Below are positions 27,001 to 37,259 of a stretch of DNA of 64,000 nt, piece by piece. Each line of letters opens with the position of its first letter. Positions within the stretch are counted from its first letter, which is position 1. The DNA is from a virus (Duplodnaviria > Caudoviricetes), in IMG/VR virus record IMGVR_UViG_3300035520_000781, positions 28,998 through 92,997 of that record. One strand, written 5' to 3'. Both the position numbers and the translations under genes were made by a program. A model generated the notes under the pieces. The model was not told the origin of the DNA, searched no databases, and saw nothing but the letters and a program-made list of their open reading frames with translations.

Positions 27001-28570
27001 TAATACAGGAACTGGTTTTATTGAAATATTTAAAGAAGCAATGGCTGCTGAATATTTTTCACCAAGAGACTGGTGGAATGCAAATGTTGAATATTTTAAA
27101 TATATAATACCTAATTTGTGTCAGCCTGCATTCTTTAGAAAAAATGATAAAATGTCTCTCTTTAATCAATACTTCAATACCAGAGGAGATAATAGGGAGA
27201 AATTCAGAAGTAGATATGGGAGAAGGTCATGGCTAGCAAGGTCACTAAATACAACTATATATTTCCCATACTCTTCAGGTGACCATTATATGCAGTCTAT
27301 GTCTTATATAGCCATAGCAAAAGGGACTCACTTATATAGTGCTAATGGTAAAAGGAAGTCACAAAATCTTTGGGATTCCTATAAAAGAACCAAAGATAAA
27401 GTAAATGAAGGCAGCTCTCAAGATAGAGAATTAGAGGCATACACTCTTGGATTTGATGGTTTATTATTAACATCTGCAACAGGAGTTGATGGTGTTAGTT
27501 TTGATAAACTGGAAAAGAATGATGTATGGTTGAAAAAATCTAGTGATAGAGCTGAATATAATATGATGAAGGGGATTCTTGGTAAAGTAGAACAAGCAAT
27601 AGGCTCTCCTATTTTAGGCCTATCTTTAACTCAAGAGGAAAAAGATTACCTTGCATCTAAGAGTCTTGGAGTTGGTGATTTATATAAAATAAAAACCCAA
27701 ATGCAAAATGATATTTATAAAATGATTTGGACTAAAGCAGATGAAACTGCTTTTATGGATAAATCAAGAGAAATAAATAACAGAATGCATGGTATTTATA
27801 ATAATCAGGATAAGACTGCATGGCATAATAATTGGTACACTAATGCTTATTTATCAATGAAAGGTTATGCACTTGGATTGATGGAAAGAAGATTTTCAAA
27901 TGCTCATCATAGTACAGCTTTGGGAATTGATGTTGAAGGTAGTCTTGTTACTATGTCCAAGTTATGGCTTAGTGCTATCTCAAAAGAAGTAAATACCACT
28001 TTTAAAGATGCTGCAGCTGCCACTCTCTGTGGGCCATTCATGTCAGATAAGGTAAAGCAAAGATTAAAAGATGCTGGATTCTCAGACTTCCAGGTTGCTA
28101 ATACAAGGAGGAATTGGATGGATTATATGTTTATAATCCTACTTTATACTTTAAAATGTGCTCTCACTCCTCCAGACAAGGATGATGATGAGGAACCTGA
28201 AGATGTTGCATCTGGACTTGGTTATTACTTTGCAACAAGGTTACTTAGAGAGCAATCTGCATATAATATTCCTCAAGGAATTAAAACAGAATCTAATTCT
28301 ATTATGGATTTAGTCCCAGTTGGATTTAATGCCCTATTTGACTTAGGCTCTCTTTCCCATGAAATGTGGGGAGCTGCTACTGGAGATGAAGAAGATTCTG
28401 ATTTCTTTTATCAAAGAGACCATCCTAATGGAAAGTATTATCAATATGAACCTAAATATGAAAATCATGTAATAAGAATGATTCCATATTGGAAAAGTAT
28501 ATATAATTTAAATAATCCATATGAAGCAACTGAATCTTATGAATTTGGAAGTAAGTTGAAAAGAAGATAA
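24020..28570 (+). CDS. Large virion cargo/ejection protein
   Basis: 1516 aa, co-transcribed with the RNAP. Has a zincin-like EEAGH segment near the N-terminus and hydrophobic helices near the C-terminus. Confidence 0.65.
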   Translation: MGNSCLVKTHVRNSKGNMVESRLFNDLLSYLPSRESAKEYYAVGTNDEFLNEVKKEAKFDENGEITFNSLRKLSGMNISEEEMLDKLNKEIGAGTMDYQKAISKVTEFNKSSQFNDSYLATISYDKGQYNLSVIPKTASNIAELQRTIERQELKEKLLAKLKSHGVSVTFTEEANQSRYSTINVEQAANGMYNLIQISHGEHMASDLAEEAGHFAVAALGHNPLVSRLTNLLSESVRREILGEEYNSKDLGINPRREIAGMLVGQALERQLSATTPWQKMANRIADLAKSLFAKFSGNDIRIAREQANKIARNIASGFLSDNFEGNIANALDYKETLKHAELPYNVKVFKQTVDALGSMAKELSAIAEDDFSKQITSFLAAGLKDRDNVITDPTVDSELVAFQGLCQILSDISDLLGPDKEIDRLLNSVDFNNPTDFYERMPEHGEALRKVRTFVANAANIASILQNAIDCIDHKLVLPSGQTLNNAYFKNVLQQNEHIDFRTTLRDLKVAIAQTDSKLQSRENAYFCRFCEDTYGSKYVNTVAQIIWKKHSLSVTVKPMERAEFSSLITNLEDDINIFHRFIGSMSNNPDVTGQVIDKVVKAANKMADDRTIKYQERLIDIEERMRKQYHFKRGHTEMLYEKSDDGGWTGNLITPPDKNIRDPNTQEMCAVNYGKWEKAREEFKKQCWEEFKTKYPNWESWSGFTRGYNWNEFYRNKYKQWNKENSTKVPITDNAGNTIGTEWRPNYKYKSTQFDELTKKYPGIQTYLAELTQIKKELDDLLPMGANHSWRAPQFKGTFMNKVQNKNMLMSKGKAYRKSIRDTLLETFCESSEDTDYGSLNEMTNPKDELMGTPLDFEKEKPHRLPLFGINKLEDMTQLSTDIFHSLLSYASMASSYNALDKVVDAIEVGKAALENRHIHINGKDEQERVAMKKSRAYTRFLKYLDRQVYGISATHYGITLFGHKVLLNKCIGLINRLGSFIYLAGNVLGGWVNTGTGFIEIFKEAMAAEYFSPRDWWNANVEYFKYIIPNLCQPAFFRKNDKMSLFNQYFNTRGDNREKFRSRYGRRSWLARSLNTTIYFPYSSGDHYMQSMSYIAIAKGTHLYSANGKRKSQNLWDSYKRTKDKVNEGSSQDRELEAYTLGFDGLLLTSATGVDGVSFDKLEKNDVWLKKSSDRAEYNMMKGILGKVEQAIGSPILGLSLTQEEKDYLASKSLGVGDLYKIKTQMQNDIYKMIWTKADETAFMDKSREINNRMHGIYNNQDKTAWHNNWYTNAYLSMKGYALGLMERRFSNAHHSTALGIDVEGSLVTMSKLWLSAISKEVNTTFKDAAAATLCGPFMSDKVKQRLKDAGFSDFQVANTRRNWMDYMFIILLYTLKCALTPPDKDDDEEPEDVASGLGYYFATRLLREQSAYNIPQGIKTESNSIMDLVPVGFNALFDLGSLSHEMWGAATGDEEDSDFFYQRDHPNGKYYQYEPKYENHVIRMIPYWKSIYNLNNPYEATESYEFGSKLKRR

Positions 28571-28577
28571 TATAAAC

Positions 28578-28618
28578 AAAAAGCCAGAGAGGTATATCCT
28601 CCCTGGCTTTCTTTTTTT
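28578..28618. terminator. Bidirectional terminator between the convergent arms
   Basis: AAAAAGCCAGAGAGG-TATAT-CCTCCCTGGCTTT-CTTTTTTT, with an A-run on the left and a T-run on the right. Confidence 0.9.
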
Positions 28619-28623
28619 GTTAT

Positions 28624-31600
28624 TTAGATACAATCCATATATTCTTTTTGTTCCTTAGAAGTTAAATTATTCCAGTCTTTAATATTCCTAACTCCTCTTT
28701 CTCTTAAACTTCTTTTTTGCTTAGCAGTAAATTGAGTATAATCATAATTACTTGAAGTAGCTACTCTGGGAGGGGCACTTACTGGTTGACCATTTTCTAT
28801 GGGCTTTAACCTATCCAATTGTCCCAATAGAGGGTCTTCAAATGGCTTTCTTTCTATAACCTCAGTTTCAACACTTGTAGGTTTAGCTCCCCCAATTTCA
28901 TTTTCAATTACTGCCTTTTCTGCATCAGTTAATTTATTCCATCTAATGTTAAGTGGAGTATAAGGAAGAGGAACTTGCATATCAAGAGTAGTTTTATATA
29001 AAACAGGTGTAGCACCTTTAAATTCTACTCCATCTGCCATTAATTGATAATATCTTGGGTCATCCTGAGAAACTGTAGAATCTTCTTTTTTTGAATATTC
29101 TACTTTACCATATTTAGTACCTTTAGGGTCATCATATTTAACTGATATTGGAATAACTTTTAAATTTTCATCAGAAACATTTATTCCATATGATTGCATT
29201 AATAAATCTTTATATAAAGATACTTGCCTTGCCCATTTATCTCTCCTTTCTAATATTTTCTTAGTAGATAAGTTATGGACAGTTTTCATATCAAATATAT
29301 AAAAATTACCAGCAGCATCATATCCTAATAAGTCTATTGTTCCTGCAACTGGAATTTTATGTTTTTGTCCCTTATCGTCAGTTACTGTTACTTCTCCTTT
29401 AACAGTCATATTATTTGAGACAATATTTATTCCTGAAGCATCTAAAGAAGCTTTTAATTTTTCCAGCTGAGTTACAAAACTTTGAAGCTGTTCCTCCGTT
29501 GCATTTGGATACCTTTGAGCCAAGTTCTCTTTTGAGAAATTTCCTGCAAAAAAGTCTCTAACAAGCATATCAAACCCAGTTCCTATATTAGTTGATGGGG
29601 TTATCCATGAGGTATCTTCAAATGTTTCTCCATTCTCATCAGCTTGTATTATAGAAGTTACTCTTGCATACCTTTTTACAACTTTTGGCTCTTTTCCTGG
29701 CTCTGAATCATCTAATAATTCATAATACTTCTCGTCATCTGAAAGTCTTAATTTTTTAGAATCTTCTGCAATTTTCTTAGTAACTGCTTCAGCATTTTTA
29801 GCAGCAGGACTAGTTAGTGGAGCAGGGCTTCCTTCAAGAGTTGTTCCTGTTCCTGGGTCTACAAGAGCTCCATTTGATGTGGTTGCAGCTGGCCCTGATG
29901 TAGGTCTATCTCCTGAAGGACTTGAAGCATTGTCAGAGTTTGCAACAATAGGAGGAAAGTTTCTAGGCTCACCTTCATTGGTAAATGGGGACTCCATTCT
30001 AATAGCATAAGGCATATATTGTAAAGCATCTGCAGCTATATCAAATACTCCATCATCTACCCACATTTGCACTTCTGAAAGTGCCTTATCTTGTTTACCA
30101 GGAACTTTACCTTTTATTATATCTAGATTTACATAGTTAATTTGCCAAGTTAAAAAGTCTCTTACATTACCAGAACTATCTAATAAAAGATTTGATATAA
30201 ATTCTTTTCCAAAAGCTTTTGTATCTGTATTCTTTCCAATAGAACCTAATTGTATTTGTGGCTTACTTTCATTTACATTATCAAGAGTTATATTAAAAAC
30301 TATCTCTCCAGTAGATTGAGCTCTTTCTACATCAAATGTAACTTTAAAATCATATCCTGCATCTCCTTTAAGATAAACAAAGTCAGTTACTTTTCCTTTA
30401 AGAAATGCCTCTATTTTACTTGCTACATTATCAAATTCAGTACTATCAGCATTTAACTCAGGTATAAGTTGCTGAGCTTTTTCTAATACATCATAGTATA
30501 ATCTACTTGTTCTACTATTAAATTCAATAATGTCTTCAGGATTATTACTTTGGGCTGCTTGTTGAATAGATAAACCATTTACACCTGTAGTTTCGGCTAT
30601 AGACTTTCTAATAATAATACTTGGACTACCTCCACCATCTTTTAAATTATCGGGCTTATACCATAGTTCTAATTTACCATTCTTTTGATTTAATTGAGTA
30701 AATAATCCAGAAATAAAATTACCCCTTGCTCTTACATATGCAGGCTCTTTAATTCTCTGAAGATAGGGTAAAGCATTTAATCTTTGTTGCTCCTCTTTAG
30801 ATAGAGTCTCTATAATAAGTTGATGTACAGAACTATTGTTATTAACACCATTTTGCCTATTTTGGTCAGGATGATGTGCTCTAACAGCTCCCTTTTGGCC
30901 ATAAGCTCTTGTTGTAACAGGCTTTCCATCCTTATTTCTAACTAAATGAACTCCTTCATCATTAGAACTTAACTCTCTAACTGGAATCATCCTATTACTT
31001 CCCTGCATGGTGGCACCATTATTTGGCATTACCCCAATTGGTTGATACTTTTTACCTTCTATTTCTATTGGGCCATTCTCACTTTCAACTACTGCTATTA
31101 CAGGTTTCATGGAGTTTCTATATTTATCCCCCATTTCACTCATACAGAGCGTAGTTAACTCAGAGTCAGTGAAAAAGAATATTTCAGTATCATTACTAAA
31201 GCTATGACTTCTTATAAAATCTTCTATTCCATATTTATCATATAATTTAGTAACCCAGCTATCAGGATGGTTCTTTCTATAGTTTTCAATGTCTATTGTA
31301 GACATTGTTGCAGCATTGGCATTTGGGGGAGGGGTTTCCTTTTCAGCAGTATCTGTTGTAGGAGCAGTTCTTGAATTTGACCTAGTTAAATTAGTAACAA
31401 CCATTGATAATAATTTACTTACTGCTTCATTGTTATTATCATCAGCAGACAGTGACTTAATAGTATCACTAAGTTTAGAAATTTCATCTATAAAGTCATC
31501 TACTGTTTCAAAGTCATAAGTTTCAGAATTATCAAGAGTCATCAACTGCTTAATTGCTTCTTCTTTTATTTCTTGTGTAAAGCTACTGGCATTAATAATG

Positions 31601-34600
31601 TCAATAGCTACACCAGCCATTTCTGCAATCTTTTTATTTCCAGTTGTTTCAAATGGTTTAGGAGAATCAACTCTATTTCCAGCTCCATCAATTTGTCCCC
31701 CACTCGGGGAGTCATATCCTATATCCCAAATTGATTTAGGTTGAGGAGAAGGATTTCCTCCGTTATCTTGTGGTGATGGAGTTGGGGTAGGAGAGGGACT
31801 TGGAGCAGGACTGGGAGTAGGTGTTGGTGATGGGGATGGTGTGGGCCTATTATCCTCAGGAGAAGTAGTTGATACAGGTACATCTCTGTTTATTTGTGCA
31901 GTTTCTCCATCTTGTTTTAGCTTACTTTGAAGAGCTTTCTTATAATTAGTAATTACTTGTCCTGTAGATGTAAATACTGTCTTAGTTTGTTCAGGATGAG
32001 AATCATTCATCCTTTCTACATAATCTCTAAACTTATTATCTCCTCTTTCATTCTGTTCAATTAAAGCAGCCACTACTTGGTCTAAATCTTCCAAATCTAC
32101 TTCTTGATTTTGAAGATAGTTAAGAGTATGCATGAACAAGCTGACATCATTAGATGTCATGTCTTGACTTAATTCATCATTAGTAATAGTATCTACAAGT
32201 TTCTCTGCAACTTCTCTTTTTTGCTTATATTTTTCCCAATTTTCATTATCTGAGTCTCTTAGAGTTCTCATTATAAGGTCTCTTTCTTGAAAACTTGAGT
32301 TAGTAAGAACTCTATCCATTTCATCAGCAAACTCAGTGTAGCTTTGAATATTATTAATATGTTCAGCTCTGAGTTTTATTCTGCCTAACTGAGCATTTAA
32401 CTTTGCCGCTCTTACATAGTTTTGATAAGCATCTGGGTCAGAAAGAATAGCTCTTTTTTGAGCATAGAAAGTTTCAATAGAGGCCTGCATTCTTCCCATA
32501 TCTACAACCTTATCAAGGAAATTAGCATCTTGAGCCATTCCCTGCTGTATTAAATTATCAATAACAGCTTGTTGCTCATCTGAATAGAACTGTCTTGTTT
32601 CAGGTCTATTTTCTTTTAACTCATGTTTAAGCTGATTAATTTGACCATTTAATTTTTTAATCTCTTTCTCTTTTTTACTCTTTGCCTTCTTTCCTTTGAC
32701 ATTTTTAGCTTTTAGACTATCTCTTCTTCCCTCTAATTTATCAATTTGAGTGGTAAGACTGTCAATAGCTTCTCTATCTTCATGAAGAGATGAGTATAAT
32801 TTTTGTGCTCCAAGTCTTAACATTCTTCCTCTTGTAGCAGCATCTAAGCCCATTATCTCTTCTTCATTTAGCACTATTCTGTCTTGAGCATTTTCACTTA
32901 AAGCATCAAAGTCTTTTAATTGTTTACCTATTTGCTTTATTTGAGCCTTAGCTACTTTTGCTGCAACTTTCTCTCCTTCAGTTGCTCTATCTCCTAATTT
33001 TTCAGTATCAGCAATTTGCTTTTCAAGTGCCTCTCTTCTTTCATTGAGATTATGCATTCTCTCTATGGCAGCTTTTAAACTACCATACTTTGCAATTAAT
33101 CTCTTTTCACTCTTTGATGCCGTGCTTGGAGATAAACCTACTGAGGCTTCAATTTTAATTCTAGCTATTTCATCTGCAAGTTGAGGCATTCTCTTTTGCC
33201 AATCATCAAGCATCATTTGGCCAAATATTAAAGACTGTCTTGTGTCATCATCTACATTACCTATTAATCTATCAATCTTATCAGATTCTTCTTGTATTGT
33301 AGCTAATGTAGTTCTCATTTTAAGAGCATTCTTTTTAACTTGCTCAAGTATATCAGCATCTGTTTTTCCCTCAGTATCTACATTGACATCATTTTTCATA
33401 TGGTCAATAATTCTCTGAGCCTCTGGAGTACCCTCTTCTACATCTGCAATATCATCTAATTGCTTCATTAATGATTGTCCAAGATTAGAATCTTTTATCT
33501 TGGAAAGCATTATTGCGTCATTAATAGTTCTGCCCAATAAACTATTTCTATATCCAAATTCATCATTAGTTGTAGCAGATTTCTCCATATCCATGGCCCA
33601 TTTAAATGTACCAGTAAGTCCATCAAATTTAGCCATATTAGCAGGGTCTCTCATCCATGCTGTAAGAGCTGCAGCCTCTTCTTTATCTGCATCTCTGTCT
33701 CTCATAAGACCTCTAAAATTGGCATATAAACCACTTCTCCAAGGCATGAGTCTTTGTATATATTCCCAATTAGTCTCTCTTTGTCCCTGCTCATTTACAC
33801 CTCTAGCGAGATTAAAAGGATTCAATATACTTTTAGTTTCTATTTTACCAGTCTTTTCATTGAGAACTTTTCTTCTTCCAGGTAATACAGGTGTTCCCAT
33901 AGCACTTGACAAAGCACCCATTATAGCAGCTTGAGCTGCCTCCTTACTTGTGGAAGAGCCCTTAAATGCAGTCCAAGCAGCAGCAAAGTCAGACCCAAAC
34001 CAGTCCCCAACAGCCATAGTTCCATCTCCATCAAATTTATTTTCAATAAACTTATGAATGTTGTTTTCAGCTGCTCCTACATTAATATCATTAGAAATAG
34101 TCTGCAAATATTCTTCGGCTGCTTCACCCAAAGGTTCTTTTATCAATTCTTTGGCTATTCCCCATTTAGTTAAAGTAGCTGTTGCAGTTGCATTTGCAGG
34201 GCTAGTTCCTGTAATATTAAATCTTGGTTTACTAAATGCCCAGCTTGTTAATTTGCTATTTTTTAAAACATTTTGCACTCTATCTGCTTGTAACCCAGCT
34301 TTGAATGTGCTATTAATTGCTCCATTTATAAAGCTATTAATATAGAAGTTATTAATACCCGCTTTAGCAGCAGAAGACTCTACCTGAGCTTTTGATTGCA
34401 TATATTTATCAGAAAGTTCATTCCAAGCATCTGCATATAATTCTACTTCAGATTTAGTATTATTTGGGTCTTGTTTTTTCTCTTCAACTAAGTCATGAAC
34501 TTTTGAATTATAGTAGTCTTCTAAGTATTTCCCCTGTTCTTCTTCTACCTGCATTTTAGTTTGTAAACCTTCCATAGCTCCTTCCATGGAGCCTACCATT

Positions 34601-35667
34601 CCAGGGATAACAAACTTATCTACAAAATTTGAACCTTTTTTTAAAGCAGTTACTGTTGCATCTAATGCTTTTTCAGTTCTAACTGCCCTTCCCAAAGTAT
34701 TAGACATTAATCTACTAGTTTGGGAAACTTTGCTAGCCCAAGATGCTCCCTTCATAGCTGCTCCAAATAACCATGAAGCAACTTTAGCTTCTCCTGCTCC
34801 TACAAATATAGAAGCAACTGTAAAACCGCCACTCTGTAAAGCTTGCCATGGTGTAGCAGAACTCCAAAGACTTTGGTCTTGCTCTTGAGTAGTTACAATT
34901 TCAATGTCAGAAAGACCATGAGGAGAATAATCTGTTGCATAAGACTTTGCTCTTTCAATATCTCGATTAGATATAAACCCATACTCAACAATGTCATTCC
35001 CATATCTAGTAATTTCATTATCAAGCACTGAATCTAAGAAATTATCCCATCCATTTAATCCTTCAATATCCTGATGATTTCCGGCAAAATAATTATAGAT
35101 TCCATATACATTACCAACAAGCCCGGCAATTGCCCCTGCTCCAGAAGATAATATTCCTAAAAATCCATTACCAGCTTGTTCATACCAAGGTTGATTATTA
35201 GCTACTTCTTCTTTTATTGTTTTATTTAAGAAATAATTAGCAGAGTCTTCTCCATAAGCACCTTTTAAAGCTTCATATTCAGATTGTATTGCTGCCCAAT
35301 CATTTGTATCAAAAGTTAATTTATCTTTATTACGTTTATACTTTTTATAATATGGTGATACTTTTTCAGCAATTGTTCTAATGTCCCTGTCATCTTTTTG
35401 AACTAAATGGTCTGTTACTCCGTATTTTTTATTATACTCTTCCAGAAGTTCTTGATAAGTTTTTTGCCTATCTGCCAAATATTTTATATTAGTATCTATA
35501 TCTATGCCAATAGGGTCATCTATAGCACGTTCATATTGAGCAGAACTTTGCTGAATTGAATCAAATGTAACAGGTCTTCCCTGAATTGTATCTAACTGTC
35601 TTTTTTCCTGCGTCGACCTATCGTCTGCAGTAAGACCTCTCATTCCTTTTAAATCTAGTACTGGCAT
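28624..35667 (-). CDS. Giant cargo/ejection protein with C-terminal PD-(D/E)xK nuclease domain
   Basis: 2347 aa. Gly/Ala-rich hydrophobic helices in the N-terminal part, coiled coils, a Pro-rich linker, and C-terminal AGTIDLL..YIFDMKT..QVSLY. Confidence 0.75.
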   Translation of the reverse strand: MPVLDLKGMRGLTADDRSTQEKRQLDTIQGRPVTFDSIQQSSAQYERAIDDPIGIDIDTNIKYLADRQKTYQELLEEYNKKYGVTDHLVQKDDRDIRTIAEKVSPYYKKYKRNKDKLTFDTNDWAAIQSEYEALKGAYGEDSANYFLNKTIKEEVANNQPWYEQAGNGFLGILSSGAGAIAGLVGNVYGIYNYFAGNHQDIEGLNGWDNFLDSVLDNEITRYGNDIVEYGFISNRDIERAKSYATDYSPHGLSDIEIVTTQEQDQSLWSSATPWQALQSGGFTVASIFVGAGEAKVASWLFGAAMKGASWASKVSQTSRLMSNTLGRAVRTEKALDATVTALKKGSNFVDKFVIPGMVGSMEGAMEGLQTKMQVEEEQGKYLEDYYNSKVHDLVEEKKQDPNNTKSEVELYADAWNELSDKYMQSKAQVESSAAKAGINNFYINSFINGAINSTFKAGLQADRVQNVLKNSKLTSWAFSKPRFNITGTSPANATATATLTKWGIAKELIKEPLGEAAEEYLQTISNDINVGAAENNIHKFIENKFDGDGTMAVGDWFGSDFAAAWTAFKGSSTSKEAAQAAIMGALSSAMGTPVLPGRRKVLNEKTGKIETKSILNPFNLARGVNEQGQRETNWEYIQRLMPWRSGLYANFRGLMRDRDADKEEAAALTAWMRDPANMAKFDGLTGTFKWAMDMEKSATTNDEFGYRNSLLGRTINDAIMLSKIKDSNLGQSLMKQLDDIADVEEGTPEAQRIIDHMKNDVNVDTEGKTDADILEQVKKNALKMRTTLATIQEESDKIDRLIGNVDDDTRQSLIFGQMMLDDWQKRMPQLADEIARIKIEASVGLSPSTASKSEKRLIAKYGSLKAAIERMHNLNERREALEKQIADTEKLGDRATEGEKVAAKVAKAQIKQIGKQLKDFDALSENAQDRIVLNEEEIMGLDAATRGRMLRLGAQKLYSSLHEDREAIDSLTTQIDKLEGRRDSLKAKNVKGKKAKSKKEKEIKKLNGQINQLKHELKENRPETRQFYSDEQQAVIDNLIQQGMAQDANFLDKVVDMGRMQASIETFYAQKRAILSDPDAYQNYVRAAKLNAQLGRIKLRAEHINNIQSYTEFADEMDRVLTNSSFQERDLIMRTLRDSDNENWEKYKQKREVAEKLVDTITNDELSQDMTSNDVSLFMHTLNYLQNQEVDLEDLDQVVAALIEQNERGDNKFRDYVERMNDSHPEQTKTVFTSTGQVITNYKKALQSKLKQDGETAQINRDVPVSTTSPEDNRPTPSPSPTPTPSPAPSPSPTPTPSPQDNGGNPSPQPKSIWDIGYDSPSGGQIDGAGNRVDSPKPFETTGNKKIAEMAGVAIDIINASSFTQEIKEEAIKQLMTLDNSETYDFETVDDFIDEISKLSDTIKSLSADDNNNEAVSKLLSMVVTNLTRSNSRTAPTTDTAEKETPPPNANAATMSTIDIENYRKNHPDSWVTKLYDKYGIEDFIRSHSFSNDTEIFFFTDSELTTLCMSEMGDKYRNSMKPVIAVVESENGPIEIEGKKYQPIGVMPNNGATMQGSNRMIPVRELSSNDEGVHLVRNKDGKPVTTRAYGQKGAVRAHHPDQNRQNGVNNNSSVHQLIIETLSKEEQQRLNALPYLQRIKEPAYVRARGNFISGLFTQLNQKNGKLELWYKPDNLKDGGGSPSIIIRKSIAETTGVNGLSIQQAAQSNNPEDIIEFNSRTSRLYYDVLEKAQQLIPELNADSTEFDNVASKIEAFLKGKVTDFVYLKGDAGYDFKVTFDVERAQSTGEIVFNITLDNVNESKPQIQLGSIGKNTDTKAFGKEFISNLLLDSSGNVRDFLTWQINYVNLDIIKGKVPGKQDKALSEVQMWVDDGVFDIAADALQYMPYAIRMESPFTNEGEPRNFPPIVANSDNASSPSGDRPTSGPAATTSNGALVDPGTGTTLEGSPAPLTSPAAKNAEAVTKKIAEDSKKLRLSDDEKYYELLDDSEPGKEPKVVKRYARVTSIIQADENGETFEDTSWITPSTNIGTGFDMLVRDFFAGNFSKENLAQRYPNATEEQLQSFVTQLEKLKASLDASGINIVSNNMTVKGEVTVTDDKGQKHKIPVAGTIDLLGYDAAGNFYIFDMKTVHNLSTKKILERRDKWARQVSLYKDLLMQSYGINVSDENLKVIPISVKYDDPKGTKYGKVEYSKKEDSTVSQDDPRYYQLMADGVEFKGATPVLYKTTLDMQVPLPYTPLNIRWNKLTDAEKAVIENEIGGAKPTSVETEVIERKPFEDPLLGQLDRLKPIENGQPVSAPPRVATSSNYDYTQFTAKQKRSLRERGVRNIKDWNNLTSKEQKEYMDCI
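31765..31850 (-). repeat. Low-complexity (P-S/T)n linker within the giant cargo protein
   Basis: Encodes PTPSPSPTPTPSPAPSPSPTPTPSP. Confidence 0.85.
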
Positions 35668-35669
35668 AT

Positions 35670-37256
35670 TTATTTAGCATTAGGGTCGTTACTATAAATG
35701 ACATAGCTATCTTCATGATTTTTGCCTTGCCCTGCAACAGCAAACACATAATATCTTGCTCCATCAGGAACTCCCAAGTCTTTAGCAGCCTGGGCTATTG
35801 TCCATTGAGCATCCAAAGGTAAATATTTAACTTTTTCATCAGTAATATATCTCATTTTTGCCTTATTATCTGTTTTGTCAGTCATAAGATTTCCCCACGA
35901 ACTTACTACATTAGAGTATGTATTTGGCCCAAAAAGCGCATGCCCCCTCATAGTCTCAAATAATTCATTTGGGTCATTGGGGTCTTTAAGTATTGGTGTA
36001 TTTGCTTTATTTAATTTAAGCCTCCTGTTTCCCTTACCGGCATCATCTCCTGGTGCACCATATTGATAGCCACCAGCTTTAGTACGTTTGACTACAACAG
36101 CAGTCATTTTTAATCCTGCTCTTTGTATTTCTGAATTTTTTGTCATTGTTAAAAGGTCATCTTCAGAGTTTCCTCTTGGAGTGATAGGAATATTTGTCTT
36201 TGGTTTAGCAGTCGCTTGCTCTTCTGTTGGCTTATAATCCTTTGGTGTTAATTGCAGTCCTTCATGCTCTGATAAAATGTTTCCATCTTTATCCACTACC
36301 ATTCCAATATCAGGTCTATAATAACCAGTGATTTTTCCATCTTTATTTTTCATTGGAATAGGATTTTTCTGATAATATTCTCTAGTTTTCTTTGCTTCCT
36401 CTGCTTGGAATTTTTGTGAATCTTTTTGTCTTTCCATTGCATGAGCTGCACTTAAATTTTCTTGAGCTCTCCAATTTTGTACTAATTGAGCTTCATCCTG
36501 TCCAACTGCATTCCATAATCCTTGCCTTGCATAAGCATATGCTTGATTAAGAGCTTCCTCATTATTCCAATCTTTAATTCCTGAAGCATCAATTGTAGAT
36601 TCTACAATCTCCCTTAACTCAGGAGAAGCATTTGGATTATCTAATATAGCTGCAAGAACAGCTTCACTACTAAATCCTCTTTGTTTTATATACTCAAAAT
36701 AATCTCCGCCGACAAGACTTTCCATCTTTTTAGGATTATTTCTAAACTCTTTTGCTAGTGCAGAAGCACTTGCAGATACCTGAGCAGCTAATGTTGCACC
36801 AGAATAACTTTTACCATAATCAGCATCTGGATTAGTTATAAAGTCATCAATGCTCATATCACTTGCTTTTCTTTGCCACAGCATTGTTGGATTATTGAGT
36901 TCAGCTTTTCTTTGTTCTTCAGCTAAAGTTCTTCTCTTTTCACTTGCTGTTGCTATTGGAACAATATCTTGAGCATACCTTCTTTTCATTCCAAGCAATG
37001 CCCCTCTATTTCTTGTATTCATTCCTTTACTAAAATCATCTACAATTCTATTAAGGTCTCCTGAATACCTTTGAAACATTTCATATGCTATAGGGCTACT
37101 TTCCTTATCTACGTCTTTTCTCCATTGTTCTGTATTCTGAGATAAATCAGAATAGGCAGATTCTGCTTCATCATAAGCCTGCTTATAATACAGCAAAGGT
37201 TTCACCATTTCATCATATGTAAATGGATTAAATTTAGTATCTAGCTGTAAATACAT
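35670..37256 (-). CDS. Virion cargo protein
   Basis: 528 aa, N-terminal FNPFTYDEMVKPL. Located between the cargo 1-like gene and the giant cargo gene, as in crAss-like gene order. Confidence 0.6.
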   Translation of the reverse strand: MYLQLDTKFNPFTYDEMVKPLLYYKQAYDEAESAYSDLSQNTEQWRKDVDKESSPIAYEMFQRYSGDLNRIVDDFSKGMNTRNRGALLGMKRRYAQDIVPIATASEKRRTLAEEQRKAELNNPTMLWQRKASDMSIDDFITNPDADYGKSYSGATLAAQVSASASALAKEFRNNPKKMESLVGGDYFEYIKQRGFSSEAVLAAILDNPNASPELREIVESTIDASGIKDWNNEEALNQAYAYARQGLWNAVGQDEAQLVQNWRAQENLSAAHAMERQKDSQKFQAEEAKKTREYYQKNPIPMKNKDGKITGYYRPDIGMVVDKDGNILSEHEGLQLTPKDYKPTEEQATAKPKTNIPITPRGNSEDDLLTMTKNSEIQRAGLKMTAVVVKRTKAGGYQYGAPGDDAGKGNRRLKLNKANTPILKDPNDPNELFETMRGHALFGPNTYSNVVSSWGNLMTDKTDNKAKMRYITDEKVKYLPLDAQWTIAQAAKDLGVPDGARYYVFAVAGQGKNHEDSYVIYSNDPNAK

Positions 37257-37259
37257 ATC

